Origin: an uncultured Thermoleophilia bacterium
GTDB taxonomy: Bacteria > Actinomycetota > Thermoleophilia > UBA2241
Direction of reading: 5' to 3'
Assembly: GCA_963848545.1 (NCBI GenBank)
Contig: CAWKEZ010000110.1
Coordinates: 8,979 to 72,978, forward strand
DNA: 64,000 nucleotides
Of this stretch, positions 23,648-33,650 are shown one piece after another (position 1 is the stretch's first letter; each line of letters opens with the position of its first letter). The translations under genes and the position numbers were made by a program. A model generated the notes under the pieces. The model was not told where the DNA came from. It searched no databases and saw only the letters and a program-made list of their open reading frames with translations.

Positions 23648-24355
23648 ATGATCGTCTTTGAAGACGTTAGTAAGGTCTACGACCCCGACGTGGTAGGCCT
23701 TCGCGACTTTACGTGCCACATTGGCAAGGGTGAGTTCGTCTTTCTCGTGGGTCCGTCCGGGTCCGGCAAGTCGACGCTCATCAAGCTGGTGCTCAAGGAA
23801 CTGCGGCCAGATACTGGCCGTATCCTCGTGGCCGGCCGCAACCTGGGCACGCTGCGCGCCAGCAAGGTGCCCCTGCTGCGGCGCAACATCGGCTGTGTGT
23901 TCCAGGACTTCAAGCTGCTGCCCAACAAGACCGTCTACGAGAACGTCGCCTACGCCCTCGAGGTGGTGGGCGAGCCGCGGCGCAGCATCCGGCGCAAGGT
24001 CCCCGAGATTCTGAGTCTCGTCGGGCTGTCGGAGAAGACCAACAGCTACCCGCACGAGGTCTCCGGCGGCGAGCAACAGCGTGTCTCCGTGGCGCGCGCC
24101 TTCGTCAACCATCCGCCGCTGCTCCTCGCGGACGAGCCCACCGGCAACATCGATCCCGAGACGGCGGTCGGCATCATGCAGCTACTGGTGCGCATCAATC
24201 GCACAGGTACCACCGTGCTGGTGGCAACGCACGATCGTGACATGGTCAACCGCATGCGGCGGCGCGTGTTGCAGCTCGAGGCGGGTCGCCTCGTGCGCGA
24301 CGAACGTCGCGGGAGCTACGACCAGGTCAGAGAGGAGGTTGGCGATGCGCTTTAG
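23648..24355 (+). CDS. ftsE: cell division ATP-binding protein FtsE
   Basis: MIVFEDVSKVY..GPSGSGKST..., LSGGEQQRVSVARA, 235 aa. Confidence 0.9.
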   Translation: MIVFEDVSKVYDPDVVGLRDFTCHIGKGEFVFLVGPSGSGKSTLIKLVLKELRPDTGRILVAGRNLGTLRASKVPLLRRNIGCVFQDFKLLPNKTVYENVAYALEVVGEPRRSIRRKVPEILSLVGLSEKTNSYPHEVSGGEQQRVSVARAFVNHPPLLLADEPTGNIDPETAVGIMQLLVRINRTGTTVLVATHDRDMVNRMRRRVLQLEAGRLVRDERRGSYDQVREEVGDAL

Positions 24356-25277
24356 CTTCTTCCTCGGCGAGGCACTCGGCTCTATGCGCCGCAACTGGGT
24401 GATGGCCATGGCGGCCATCATCACCGTGTTCATCAGCACGGGCATCCTGGGCGGCGCGCTGGTCACTCGCGACAATCTCAACAGAGGCGCCACGAGCCTC
24501 GAGAACCGCGTCCTCATAGAGGTCTTCCTGAAAGACAGTGTCAACAGCGACCCGGCGCAGCTGCAACAGATGGTGCAGAAGATCAATGGCATCACGATCG
24601 ACGGCCAGAGGGCGGTCAAGAGCTACCAGTACATCAGCAAGGCCCAGGCGCTCAAGATCTTCTCCCAGAGGTTCGGCGAGACCATCGTCTCCAACCTCGT
24701 CACCAACCCGTTGCCGGCGTCCTATCAGATCCAGGTCAAAGACCCGAGTCAGGTCGACGCCGTCGCGGCGCAGTTCTTCAACGACCCCATGGTCGACAAC
24801 ACCCCGGGCACTCACGACGGCGTCAAGTATGCCGCGGCCACCGTACGCAGGATGCTGGGCACCATCAACCTCATCGGCTGGGGCATGTGGATCGCCACGG
24901 GTATCTTCGCGGCCGCGGCCGTGCTGCTGATCAGCACGACTGTGCGCCTGAGCATCTTCGCCCGGCGCCGTGAGGTTGAGATCATGCGTCTGGTTGGTGC
25001 CACCAACTGGTTCATTCGCTGGCCGTTCGTGCTCGAGGGCTTTGTCACGGGCCTCGTCGGCGCCGTGCTGGCGGCTGTTTGCGTCTGGCTGGCCAACTGG
25101 GGCCTCGCCAACTGGGTCAAGAACTCGCAGATCAACTTCCTCGACGTGCGCGTCTTCCGTGTGTGGTGGGAGGGCGGCACCTGGCCCCTGGGGCTGCTGC
25201 CGACCTTGGCCATCCTCGGCACCGTCCTGGGTGCGCTGGGCAGCATCGTGGCCTTGCGGCGCTACCTCAGGACCTGA
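24345..25277 (+). CDS. ftsX: cell division permease FtsX
   Basis: MRFSFFLGEALGSMRRNWVMAMAAI..., 4 TM, overlaps ftsE stop, GAGGAGG RBS. Confidence 0.85.
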   Translation: MRFSFFLGEALGSMRRNWVMAMAAIITVFISTGILGGALVTRDNLNRGATSLENRVLIEVFLKDSVNSDPAQLQQMVQKINGITIDGQRAVKSYQYISKAQALKIFSQRFGETIVSNLVTNPLPASYQIQVKDPSQVDAVAAQFFNDPMVDNTPGTHDGVKYAAATVRRMLGTINLIGWGMWIATGIFAAAAVLLISTTVRLSIFARRREVEIMRLVGATNWFIRWPFVLEGFVTGLVGAVLAAVCVWLANWGLANWVKNSQINFLDVRVFRVWWEGGTWPLGLLPTLAILGTVLGALGSIVALRRYLRT

Positions 25278-25317
25278 GCTGAACGGCGCGAGCTTGCCAG
25301 CGGCCGGCATGTAGCTG

Positions 25318-26493
25318 ATGCGCGCGCTGCGGACCATCGTCGTCGTCTTCCTCGTGGCCCTGGGATTCCTCGGGGGCTATTTCGCGGGGTGGTACCTGCA
25401 CGGCGAGAACGTGCCGCGCGTGGGTGCAACGCCACAGGGCGTCGCGCAGGGCGGCGGGAGCCTGCAGCAGCGCATCATCGAGGAGCTCGAGGCGCGCTAC
25501 TACAAGGCGGTCGACGCGAGCAAGCTGAGTCAGGCCGGCATCAACGGCGTCCTCAAATCGCTCAACGACCCTTACACGGTGTACCTGTCGCCGCAGCAGA
25601 CCAGTGCGCTCCAGGAGACGATCGGCGGCCAGTACGTCGGCATCGGCGCGGCGCTCGAGAAGGTCAAGCTGGGTCTCGTGCTCACCAACGTGTTCGCCGG
25701 CTCGCCGGCCGCCGCCGCGCACCTTCGCCCGGGCGATATCATCGTGACGGTCGACGGGCAGTCTACCGCCGGCGCGCCCATCGATACGAGCATCGCGCGT
25801 ATCAAGGGCAAAGCCGGCACGGTGGTGAAGCTCGCCGTCAAGCCAAAGGCCGGGGGCCCCGTGAAGCTGGTGAGCGTCGCACGGCGGCGCATCGTGGTTC
25901 CCGAGACGCGCATGCAAATGGACAAGGCCGGCGGCAAGAAGGTCGGCTATGTGCAGCTCTACGAGTTCGGAGGGTTCGCGGCCCGCGACGTGCGCGCCGA
26001 CGTGCAGGCGCTGGCGAAGCGCGGCGCGCAGGCGTTCATCCTCGACCTGCGCTACAACGGCGGCGGCCTGCTCACCCAGGCGGTCGACGTGACCGACGTG
26101 TTCCAGACGGGCGTGGTCACGTCTACCAAAGGGTTGCACTCGCCGCTCGACGTGCTCCGCGCCGTGGGTCCCGTGGCAACCACCAAGCCCCTGGTGCTAC
26201 TCGTCAACGGCTACTCGGCGAGCGCCTCCGAGATCGTTACCGGTGCGCTCAAGGATCACCACAGGGCCGAGGTGATCGGCACCCGCACCTTCGGCAAGGG
26301 CCTGGTGCAGAGCATCATCTCGCTGGGCGGCGGCGCCGCCCTCAAGCTCACCACCGCCGTGTACCTCACACCCGACGGCACCAACATCAACAAGAAGGGC
26401 ATCACGCCCGACATCGTCGTGACCGACAACCCCAGGACGAAGAAAGACGAGCAGCTCCAGGCCGCGCTGAAGTACCTTGCGCGGCGGCCCTAG
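25318..26493 (+). CDS. ctpA: carboxyl-terminal processing protease (S41, PDZ domain)
   Basis: N-terminal TM, PDZ (GLVLTNVFAGSPAAAAHLRPGDIIVTVDG), S41 core (LVNGYSASASEIV...FGKG). Confidence 0.85.
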   Translation: MRALRTIVVVFLVALGFLGGYFAGWYLHGENVPRVGATPQGVAQGGGSLQQRIIEELEARYYKAVDASKLSQAGINGVLKSLNDPYTVYLSPQQTSALQETIGGQYVGIGAALEKVKLGLVLTNVFAGSPAAAAHLRPGDIIVTVDGQSTAGAPIDTSIARIKGKAGTVVKLAVKPKAGGPVKLVSVARRRIVVPETRMQMDKAGGKKVGYVQLYEFGGFAARDVRADVQALAKRGAQAFILDLRYNGGGLLTQAVDVTDVFQTGVVTSTKGLHSPLDVLRAVGPVATTKPLVLLVNGYSASASEIVTGALKDHHRAEVIGTRTFGKGLVQSIISLGGGAALKLTTAVYLTPDGTNINKKGITPDIVVTDNPRTKKDEQLQAALKYLARRP

Positions 26494-28381
26494 GAGCGCG
26501 GTGGCGCGGCCGCGACACGGCCATGGGCGCGGCCGCTCGCACGGCGCCTCGGAGGCGCCTCGCGGCGCCGCGGGGACGCCCCGCGAATCCTTGGCCAAAG
26601 CCTTCTCGGCGGCGCCTCGCGGCGCCGAGGCAGGTCGCCGGCCGGCCGGCGGCGGTACCCCCGCCCGGCCGCTGCCGTACCGCGTCGCCCGCTGGGGCAA
26701 GTTCTGGTCACTCGAGCCGCTGTTTGCCGACACGCGCTCGTTCCTGGTCGCCAAGGGCGGCGAGCCGCCGCGGCTCGATGAGCTGGTGCTGGCCGTGCCC
26801 GTGCACGGCGACCGCCGCCGCATCGTCGCCGTGCTGGGCCGCGCCGACGATCTGAGCGCCGTGCTGCGCGCCATGCTGTACGCCCGCGGCGTGCCGCAAG
26901 GGTTCTCCGACGAAGTGCTGGAGGAGGCGGCCGCCGTGGGCGTGCGCGCGGCACACCCCGATCACGGCCGCCGCGACCTCACCGACCTGCCCACGTTTAC
27001 CATCGACCCCGACAGCGCCCGCGATTTCGACGACGCGATAAGCGTGCAGCGTGAGGGTGAGGGTTACCGCGCCCACGTGCACATCGCCGACGTGTCGTAC
27101 TTCGTCGATACCGACGGCGCCATTGAGGAGGAGGCGCGCCGCCGCACGTCGAGCGTGTACTTGCCGCTCTTCGCCGAGCCCATGCTGCCGGCCGCGCTCA
27201 GCAGCGATCTCTGCAGCCTGGTGCCGCGGCGTCCGCGCAAGTGCCTCACCGTGGAGTTCAGCTTCGCCGCTGACGGTCGCCGTCAGGGCGCCCAGTTCTA
27301 CCGCTCGCTCATCAGCAGCGACCACCGGCTCACCTACGGCGTGGTAGACGGCGTGATCGGCGCTGCCGACGAGGCCGCGCCCGGCGGGGCGTCGCAGGCC
27401 GCGACCGTGCCTGGCGCCACCGTTGCGCCGGACGACGAGTTGGCGGCTAGACTGCGGCTGGCGCACGAGCTGGCCGGAGTGCTGCGCCGCCGCCGTCAGG
27501 CGCGCGGTGCCCTCACATTCGGTTCCTTCGAGCCGGAGTATGCCTTCGACCACGCCGGTGAGCTGGCCGGCGCCGCGGCACGCCCCGAGACACCGTCGCA
27601 TGGGCTGGTGGAGGAGTTCATGCTTGCCGCCAACGAGGCGGTGGCAGAGTTTCTGCTGCACAAGCGGGCGCGAGCCTTGTACCGCGTGCACGAGGCCCCG
27701 GAGCCCGCCAGCGTGCGTGAGCTGCTCGACGCGCTCGAGGAGCTCGGCGTGCCCACGCCGGCCTTCCCCGCCGGCGAGGGTGTGCCGGCGACGCAGCTCG
27801 CGGCGGCCTTCGGCCGCCTGAGCCGCGGCGTCGCCGAGACGAGCGCCCGCGAGGGGCGCGGCCGCCAGGCCTGGTCGACGCTTGTGTTGCGTGCCCTCAA
27901 GCAAGCCCGTTACAGCGTCGCCAACCTGGGCCATTTCGGTCTGGCCAGCCCGGCGTACCTGCACTTCACGTCGCCGATCCGTCGCTACCCTGACCTGGTG
28001 GTGCACCGCAGCCTGCTGCAGCACCTGGGGGAGGGCGGCGGCGAGCTCGGCGACGGCGAGCTCGCCGCCGCTGCCGAGGACTGCTCCGCGCGGGAGCGCG
28101 AGATCGCCCGTCTGGAGATGGATGCCGACGCCGTGGCGCTGTGCTTCCTGCTCGACCGTCGGTTGCGGGAGGAGGGCTGGGAACAGACGTTCAGCGGGGA
28201 GATCGTGGGGCTCATCGGCGGGGGGCTGTTCGTGCGCTTTGCCGGCCTCTTCGAGGGCTTCCTTGCGTCGCGGCGCCTGGGCGGCGAGCGCCTCTCGGTG
28301 AGCGAGCACGAGACGGCGCTGGTGGGCGACGCCAGCGGGCGGCGCTTCCGCCTCGGCGACGCCATTCGACGTGAGGGTTGA
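26477..28381 (+). CDS. rnr: RNase II/R-family 3'-5' exoribonuclease (start uncertain)
   Basis: RNB domain motifs DPDSARDFDDAISV..., HVHIADVSYFV, ...SVYLPLF..., C-terminal S1-like. Confidence 0.8.
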   Translation: MRGGPRSAVARPRHGHGRGRSHGASEAPRGAAGTPRESLAKAFSAAPRGAEAGRRPAGGGTPARPLPYRVARWGKFWSLEPLFADTRSFLVAKGGEPPRLDELVLAVPVHGDRRRIVAVLGRADDLSAVLRAMLYARGVPQGFSDEVLEEAAAVGVRAAHPDHGRRDLTDLPTFTIDPDSARDFDDAISVQREGEGYRAHVHIADVSYFVDTDGAIEEEARRRTSSVYLPLFAEPMLPAALSSDLCSLVPRRPRKCLTVEFSFAADGRRQGAQFYRSLISSDHRLTYGVVDGVIGAADEAAPGGASQAATVPGATVAPDDELAARLRLAHELAGVLRRRRQARGALTFGSFEPEYAFDHAGELAGAAARPETPSHGLVEEFMLAANEAVAEFLLHKRARALYRVHEAPEPASVRELLDALEELGVPTPAFPAGEGVPATQLAAAFGRLSRGVAETSAREGRGRQAWSTLVLRALKQARYSVANLGHFGLASPAYLHFTSPIRRYPDLVVHRSLLQHLGEGGGELGDGELAAAAEDCSAREREIARLEMDADAVALCFLLDRRLREEGWEQTFSGEIVGLIGGGLFVRFAGLFEGFLASRRLGGERLSVSEHETALVGDASGRRFRLGDAIRREG

Positions 28382-28641
28382 GCGCGTCGACCGCCTGGCG
28401 GGCCGTGTAGATCTGGCCCCTGCGGTGACGCCATCGCCTCAGCCCGCCGCGGCGCGCGGCCGGCGGCCGGCCTCGCCCGCGACGGGCGGCCGCGCCCCGC
28501 GCCGGCGTGCACCGGGGGCTCCGCCACGCGGCGCAGACGGTAGCCGGCGACCGGCGGCCGCCTATCTGGGGCCGCCATGCGCGCTGAGGGCGGTCGAGAG
28601 CGCATCGTCACTGCCGCCCGGCGATGCGGTAACCTTAGCTC

Positions 28642-29130
28642 ATGACACGAGAGACCGGCATCAAACGTGTGGCCGAGAACCGCAAAGCCCGGCACGACTA
28701 CTTCATCGACGACACTTTCGAGGCGGGCATCGCCTTGGTGGGCACCGAGGTGAAGTCGCTGCGCGAGGGGCGCATCAACCTGCGCGACAGCTACGTGGAG
28801 GTCAAAGGCACCGCCGCCGCCCCGCAGCTCTTCCTCGTGGGAGCTCATATCAGCCCCTACGATCAGGGCAACATCTGGAACCACGACCCGCTGCGGCCCC
28901 GGCGGCTGCTGCTGCACCGCCACGAGATCGACCGCCTGGCGCAGCGGGTGCGCGAGCGCGGCTATACGGTGGTGCCCATCAAGGTGTACTTCAAGGACGG
29001 GCGTGCCAAGGTGGAGATCGGCCTCGCCCGCGGCAAGAAGCTCTACGACAAGCGCCACGACATGGCCGATCGCGACGCCAAACGCGACGTTGAGCGTGCA
29101 CTACGCGGGCGCGGGGAAGACAGGCGTTGA
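28642..29130 (+). CDS. smpB: SsrA-binding protein SmpB
   Basis: [13 protein letters not shown]...[16 protein letters not shown]... Confidence 0.9.
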   Translation: MTRETGIKRVAENRKARHDYFIDDTFEAGIALVGTEVKSLREGRINLRDSYVEVKGTAAAPQLFLVGAHISPYDQGNIWNHDPLRPRRLLLHRHEIDRLAQRVRERGYTVVPIKVYFKDGRAKVEIGLARGKKLYDKRHDMADRDAKRDVERALRGRGEDRR

Positions 29131-29158
29131 CGGGTCAGATCCCCTGCGGGAGGTGCTC

Positions 29159-29437
29159 ATGGATACTCTGAACCAGGAGCAGATCGAGGCGGCGCTGGGC
29201 GAGCTGGGCGGCTGGGGCCTCGAGGGAGAGGCGCTTACGCGCACGTTTCGTTTCGCCGACTTCGTGCACGCCGTGGAGTTCGTGGAGCACCTCGCCGAGG
29301 TGGCCGAGGAGCGGCAGCACCACCCCGACATCGACATCCGCTACAACAAGGTCACTCTTCGGCTGAGCACGCACAGTGCCGGCGGTATCACCGCGCGCGA
29401 CGTCGAACTGGCGGAAGCCGTAGATCATCTGGTCTGA
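29159..29437 (+). CDS. phhB: 4a-hydroxytetrahydrobiopterin (pterin-4-alpha-carbinolamine) dehydratase
   Basis: 93 aa; ...GWGLEGEALTRTFRFADFVHAVEFVEHLAEVAEERQHHPDIDIRYNKVTLRLSTH; GGGAGG RBS. Confidence 0.85.
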   Translation: MDTLNQEQIEAALGELGGWGLEGEALTRTFRFADFVHAVEFVEHLAEVAEERQHHPDIDIRYNKVTLRLSTHSAGGITARDVELAEAVDHLV

Positions 29438-29593
29438 GAGCGGCCGGCCGTTCGGGCTGGCCGGCCGTTCAGGTTCGTCGGTGGTTGGCGCTCCCGGCGG
29501 GTCACGCTCCCCGGCCGCGCAAGGCCCCGGGTGCTCCGGCCCAGAGGGTTCCCAGCGGCTCGCTACGCCCGGCGTGCTACAATCCGCATCCGT

Positions 29594-29670
29594 GCCCTCG
29601 TAGCTCAGGGGATTAGAGCGCGCGCCTCCGGAGCGCGAGGTCGAAGGTTCGAATCCTTCCGGGGGCACCA
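29594..29670 (+). tRNA. tRNA-Arg (anticodon CCG)
   Basis: Cloverleaf folded by hand: acceptor GCCCTCG/CGGGGGC, D-stem GCTC/GAGC, anticodon stem CGCGC/GCGCG with loop CTCCGGA, T-arm GAAGG-TTCGAAT-CCTTC, discriminator A + CCA. Confidence 0.85.
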
Positions 29671-29674
29671 TTAG

Positions 29675-29884
29675 CCTCAGATTCGCCGCTGGTTTGCGGA
29701 GCTGACCGGCACGTGGATCAAACGAGGCACCCACCGCTGTGTCCGAGAGCTCGTGCGATCGATCCGCACCTGGATCAGCAACTGGAACGACGACCCCAAG
29801 CCGTTCGTCTGGCACAAGACGGCCGACGAGATCTTCGACAGCCTCGCCGCCTACTGCCAGCGGATCAACGACTCAGGACACTAG
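29675..29884 (+). mobile_element. remnant of IS630-family transposase (C-terminal ~65 aa only), 5 nt downstream of tRNA-Arg
   Basis: RWFAELTGTWIKRGTHRCVRELVRSIRTWISNWNDDPKPFVWHKTADEIFDSLAAYCQRINDSGH* matches conserved IS630 transposase C-terminus. Confidence 0.6.
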
Positions 29885-30030
29885 CCTACAGCCAGCAGTC
29901 CTTCTGGCTTCGACCTCAGCGGACATTGCTGGCACGGATTGTAGTTCGTTGTTGGACGCGCTACCTTTGCTGAACCGGCAGCCGCGAGGTGGTGCTGGGG
30001 GTTCAGGCCGACGGAGGAGTGCCGTCCCTG

Positions 30031-31590
30031 ATGAGTGATGCCAGCTCGGGCTCGAAGGTGGAGGGACGCCGCCTGCCAGGGGTGATGCGGCGCATCGTCT
30101 GGTTGCGTCTTCACCGCAACCGAGTGTTGGGCCTCACGTTCCTCGGCATCGCCACCGCGTTCTGCCTTGACCTCGTCATTCCCGGCTACGCGATTGCCGG
30201 GTTCTACCTCTTCCCACTCATGCTCGTGGCCCTCGCGCTCCACGAGCGATTCATTGTGGCAGTAACCGGGATCCTCTGCCTGAGCCTGGCTATCTTCACG
30301 ATGGTGCTCCAGGGACGCGCTAACGGCCAGAACATCCTGCTCCTTGGCTTCGGCACGGTGGCGGGGCTCGGTCTGGTTGCGCTGGGCTACCTGTACGACC
30401 GTTTCGACCAGCTCTACGTGACCGAACGGTTCACGACGGCCAGGCTGCAATCCCTTACCGCGCAGTTGCAGAGGCTTCAGGAGGCGTCCGTGCTCGACTC
30501 AGACCGGCCGCTCTCGGACCTGCTCGATCACATCGTCCAGCAGGCGCGGCAGCTCATGGAAAGCGACAGCGGCGTGCTCTTCCGACACGATGCTGGCGAC
30601 GATCTGCTGAAACCGGAGGCTACGGTCGGCGTTTCACGCGACGCCGTCGAGGCGATGTCATGGCCGACCGGCATGGATCCGGCCGGTGAGGCGGCGTCGC
30701 AGCGTCGGCCGGTGGCGTCGACTGATCTCAAGGTCTCTTGGGGCGACGGCGACGATCGCCCAGTCGCCGCGCCCATCGACTGGACGCGGGACTTCGCGGC
30801 GTGCATCGCTGTGCCGCTCATGGTCGGAACAGATCTTTTCGGCGTGATCGCCCTCTACTATCGTGTGCCCAGGCAGTTCAGCAAACAGGACATGAGCCTC
30901 GCGCAGTCGTTCAGCGACCAGGCGGCGCTGGCGATCGCGAACGCCAGGCTGCGCGAACAGATGGAGAGCAGCATCGCGGCCGCTGAGCGCCTGCGGTTGG
31001 CGCGCGATCTCCACGACTCGGTCACACAGTCGTTGTTCGCGGCCAGTCTCCAGGCAGAGGCGCTGAGTCGCAAGTGGCGGCCGCCTTCCCTAGAAGCGCA
31101 GAGAAGTCTTGACGACATGCGTCGCCTCACCCGCGGTGCTCTCGCCGAGATGCGCGCCATGCTTCTGGAGATGCGTCCGGCCGCGCTGGCGCAGTCGCCG
31201 CTGGACGCCTTGCTCCGGCAATTGGTCGACGCGACCGGGGCGCGGACGCACATACCCGTGAAGCTCTCCCTCGCTGATTCGCCGCCACTGTCGCCCGATG
31301 TGACGATTGCGCTCTACCGAATCGCCCAAGAAGCTATGAACAACGTGGTACGCCATTCCAAGGCCAGCCACGCCTGGGTGACATTGGGCTGCTCGGACGG
31401 GGTCGTGAAGCTGACCGTGGGCGACGATGGGAGCGGGTTTGACTCGTCGCCAGTCGGGCCGGAACGGTTCGGTCTGCGGATCATGAGGGAACGGGCCGAG
31501 GCGGTGGCCGCGACTCTGAGCATTACGAGCACGAGGCACCGCGGTACGGTTGTCACGGCCGAATGGTCCGTCACCGGGATGCAAGGTTGA
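30031..31590 (+). CDS. GAF-domain sensor histidine kinase, NarL-partner type (HisKA_3)
   Basis: TM-rich N-term, GAF, H-box RLARDLHDSVTQSLF, HATPase; ATG 30031 after GGAGGAG. Confidence 0.8.
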   Translation: MSDASSGSKVEGRRLPGVMRRIVWLRLHRNRVLGLTFLGIATAFCLDLVIPGYAIAGFYLFPLMLVALALHERFIVAVTGILCLSLAIFTMVLQGRANGQNILLLGFGTVAGLGLVALGYLYDRFDQLYVTERFTTARLQSLTAQLQRLQEASVLDSDRPLSDLLDHIVQQARQLMESDSGVLFRHDAGDDLLKPEATVGVSRDAVEAMSWPTGMDPAGEAASQRRPVASTDLKVSWGDGDDRPVAAPIDWTRDFAACIAVPLMVGTDLFGVIALYYRVPRQFSKQDMSLAQSFSDQAALAIANARLREQMESSIAAAERLRLARDLHDSVTQSLFAASLQAEALSRKWRPPSLEAQRSLDDMRRLTRGALAEMRAMLLEMRPAALAQSPLDALLRQLVDATGARTHIPVKLSLADSPPLSPDVTIALYRIAQEAMNNVVRHSKASHAWVTLGCSDGVVKLTVGDDGSGFDSSPVGPERFGLRIMRERAEAVAATLSITSTRHRGTVVTAEWSVTGMQG

Positions 31591-31592
31591 CC

Positions 31593-31973
31593 ATGCAGCT
31601 CGAGGCACCAACCAACCGGATCAGGGTCGTCATCGTTGACGATCATGCTCTAGTGCGCACGGGCCTGGAAACGATACTGCTGCTCTTCGATGACATTGAA
31701 CTCGTTGCGCAAGCGGATAGTGGCGCGGAGGCCATCAGATTGTGTGAAGAGGCCCAGCCAGACGTGGTTCTGATGGACTTGGTGATGCCTGGCATGGACG
31801 GCGTCGTCGCGACCAGAGAGATACTACGGCTGTGCCCAACTACCAGAGTCCTAGTGCTGACCAGCTTCTCGGAAGAGGCGCTGATTGAGAGCGCCCTGAA
31901 CGCGGGAGCTATCGGCTATCTCATGAAGAACATCTCTGGCGATCAACTGGCGGCGGCCATCAGAGCAGGCTAG
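31593..31973 (+). CDS. NarL/LuxR-family response regulator, receiver part (ends at in-linker TAG caused by apparent 1-nt indel ~31970)
   Basis: RVVIVDDHALVRTGL...DVVLMDLVMPGMDG...VLVLTSF; HTH continues in frame -1 from ~31965. Confidence 0.8.
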   Translation: MQLEAPTNRIRVVIVDDHALVRTGLETILLLFDDIELVAQADSGAEAIRLCEEAQPDVVLMDLVMPGMDGVVATREILRLCPTTRVLVLTSFSEEALIESALNAGAIGYLMKNISGDQLAAAIRAG

Positions 31974-31989
31974 CCTGGGCAAGTCTACA

Positions 31990-32628
31990 TTGGCTCCCGA
32001 AGTCGCCGACGTGCTCATCCACCGAGTTGCAAAGCCCGGACACCTGGGCGACGACCTCACCACACGTGAGCGCCAGGTCCTATCCTTGCTGGCGGACGGT
32101 CTCACCAACGCGGAGATCGCAGAGCGCCTCGCGGTCAGTCTCTCCACTGTCAAGAGCCACGTCAGCAGCATCATCATCAAGCTCGGCGCGGCCAGCCGCA
32201 CCGACGCGGCCGTCATCGCTGAGCGGCATCGTCTCATGCGGACCAGGCCTATCCCGCGTGAAACGCAGGCTGCCCACCTGTCGTCCCTCATCCGCAGCCC
32301 GCCCGTGTTCGTGGACCCGGACTCCTCTATCAAGGACGCGGTCAGAGTGATGAAAGAGGAGCTCGTGCGTGCGGTCCTCGTGCTCACGCCCGTCGGGCTG
32401 GGCATTGTCACTGAGGGCGATCTGCGGGACCGGGCGCTCGTCGCCGGCCTGCCGCTGGACACCCCAGTGAGTGCCATCATGACTTCGCCGGTCAAGACCA
32501 TGCGGGGCGACCGGCTGGCGGCGGAGGCGGCGATCGAGATGTTGAACGCCCGCATTAACCACCTGCCGGTGGTGGACGCCCGCGGCCAGGTCCTGGATCG
32601 TCTCGTCTTTCAGCCTGATGAGGCTTGA
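31990..32628 (+). CDS. LuxR-type HTH (continuation of the response regulator) read in-frame into a CBS-domain pair
   Basis: TTRERQVLSLLADGLTNAEIAERLAVSLSTVKSHVSSIIIKLGA (LuxR HTH) then two CBS motifs (...PVFVDPDSSIKDAVRVM...VLTPVGLGIVTEGDL; ...TPVSAIMTSPVKTM...INHLPVVDARGQVL); no stop or canonical start between HTH and CBS. Confidence 0.6.
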   Translation: MAPEVADVLIHRVAKPGHLGDDLTTRERQVLSLLADGLTNAEIAERLAVSLSTVKSHVSSIIIKLGAASRTDAAVIAERHRLMRTRPIPRETQAAHLSSLIRSPPVFVDPDSSIKDAVRVMKEELVRAVLVLTPVGLGIVTEGDLRDRALVAGLPLDTPVSAIMTSPVKTMRGDRLAAEAAIEMLNARINHLPVVDARGQVLDRLVFQPDEA

Positions 32629-33650
32629 CGCGCTCAGCCCGTGACGCGCTCGCATGGTCGATCTCGGAGGCCGGAACCGTCACGGAGGTCGTCACGCTCG
32701 CGCAACGTGTGCCCGAGGTGTTTCTGACGCTCCTGGACGCCAATCTGGAGGCACACGACATCTCGCGTGTCATCACGGTGCAGAACGACACTGTCGTCAC
32801 CCGGCTGCTGCAACTCGCCATGGAGCGTCACGGTCCGCCGCCGGTGCGCTTCGCCTGGCTCGCGTTGGGCAGCGTCGCCCGCTGGGAGACGACGCTCGCG
32901 TCGGACCAGGACAACGCTCTCGCGTACGCGGACACCGACGACCCGGACGTGGACTCGTACTTCGAGAAGGTGGCGATTGAGGTGAACGACGGGCTGGCGC
33001 ACTGCGGCTACGCTCTCGACGCCTCGGATGTGCTCGCACGCAATAGGCTCTGGCGCAAGCCCGTCTCCCAGTGGACGGCCGTGTTCACCGACTGCCTGGA
33101 ACATCCCGACCGCTCGAACCTCGTGAGGGCGGCCCTCACGTTCGATTTCCGTCAAGTGACCGGCGAGCTCGACATCGTGCGGCCGCTGGTGGAGGTCTTG
33201 CGGCAGGCTCCGGAACGCCCCGGCTTTCTCGCGCGCCTGGCGCGCACGGTCACCGATGTACGCTCACCACTGGGCTTTCGCCAGCGCCTCATCGGCCCGG
33301 TGGACCTGAAGAAGAGCGCAGCGTTGCCCCTCGAGAACCTGGCGCGCTTCTACGCGCTGTCGAACCGCGTGACGGTGCCGGGCACCCTGGATCGCCTCGC
33401 CGCCATCGAGAGCCTCGGGGTCCTGACCGGTGAGACCGCGAAGGCGCTGCAGGAGGCGTTCGATCGATCGATCTCGAACGTGCGCCTGCTCGAGCACCAC
33501 GCGGCCGCTATTGCCGAGGGGCGCACGCCGGACAACGTCGTGGACACCGACCGTCTGCCGCCCCTGGCCCGGCTGGATCTGCAGGCCGCCCTGCGCGCTG
33601 TGGCCGCCGCCCAGCGAGCGATGTCCCACTACGTGCCGCTAGGCATGTAG
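32625..33650 (+). CDS. DUF294-type putative nucleotidyltransferase with substrate-binding C-domain (TTG start overlapping upstream TGA)
   Basis: ...VRFAWLALGSVARWETTLASDQDNALAY... (DUF294 NTase motif), DUF294_C-like tail. Confidence 0.65.
   Translation: MTRSARDALAWSISEAGTVTEVVTLAQRVPEVFLTLLDANLEAHDISRVITVQNDTVVTRLLQLAMERHGPPPVRFAWLALGSVARWETTLASDQDNALAYADTDDPDVDSYFEKVAIEVNDGLAHCGYALDASDVLARNRLWRKPVSQWTAVFTDCLEHPDRSNLVRAALTFDFRQVTGELDIVRPLVEVLRQAPERPGFLARLARTVTDVRSPLGFRQRLIGPVDLKKSAALPLENLARFYALSNRVTVPGTLDRLAAIESLGVLTGETAKALQEAFDRSISNVRLLEHHAAAIAEGRTPDNVVDTDRLPPLARLDLQAALRAVAAAQRAMSHYVPLGM

Noticed and set aside
22562-24355. 597-aa ORF
   Set aside because: Only 23648..24355 is ftsE. The upstream portion is an Arg/Gly-rich alternative frame of the PP2C gene.
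26520-26660. Cluster of short GC palindromes (CCTCGCGGCGCCGAGG-like) that looked like a repeat array
   Set aside because: Only two or three imperfect copies with no regular spacers. Consistent with terminator hairpins or a low-complexity N-terminal region of RNase R, not CRISPR.
26708-28309. 533-aa minus-strand ORF
   Set aside because: Antisense to RNase R.
29437-29593. Direct repeat GGCCGGCCGTTC x2 upstream of tRNA-Arg
   Set aside because: Two short copies forming a GC hairpin. Most likely the terminator of the pterin dehydratase gene, not an att site.
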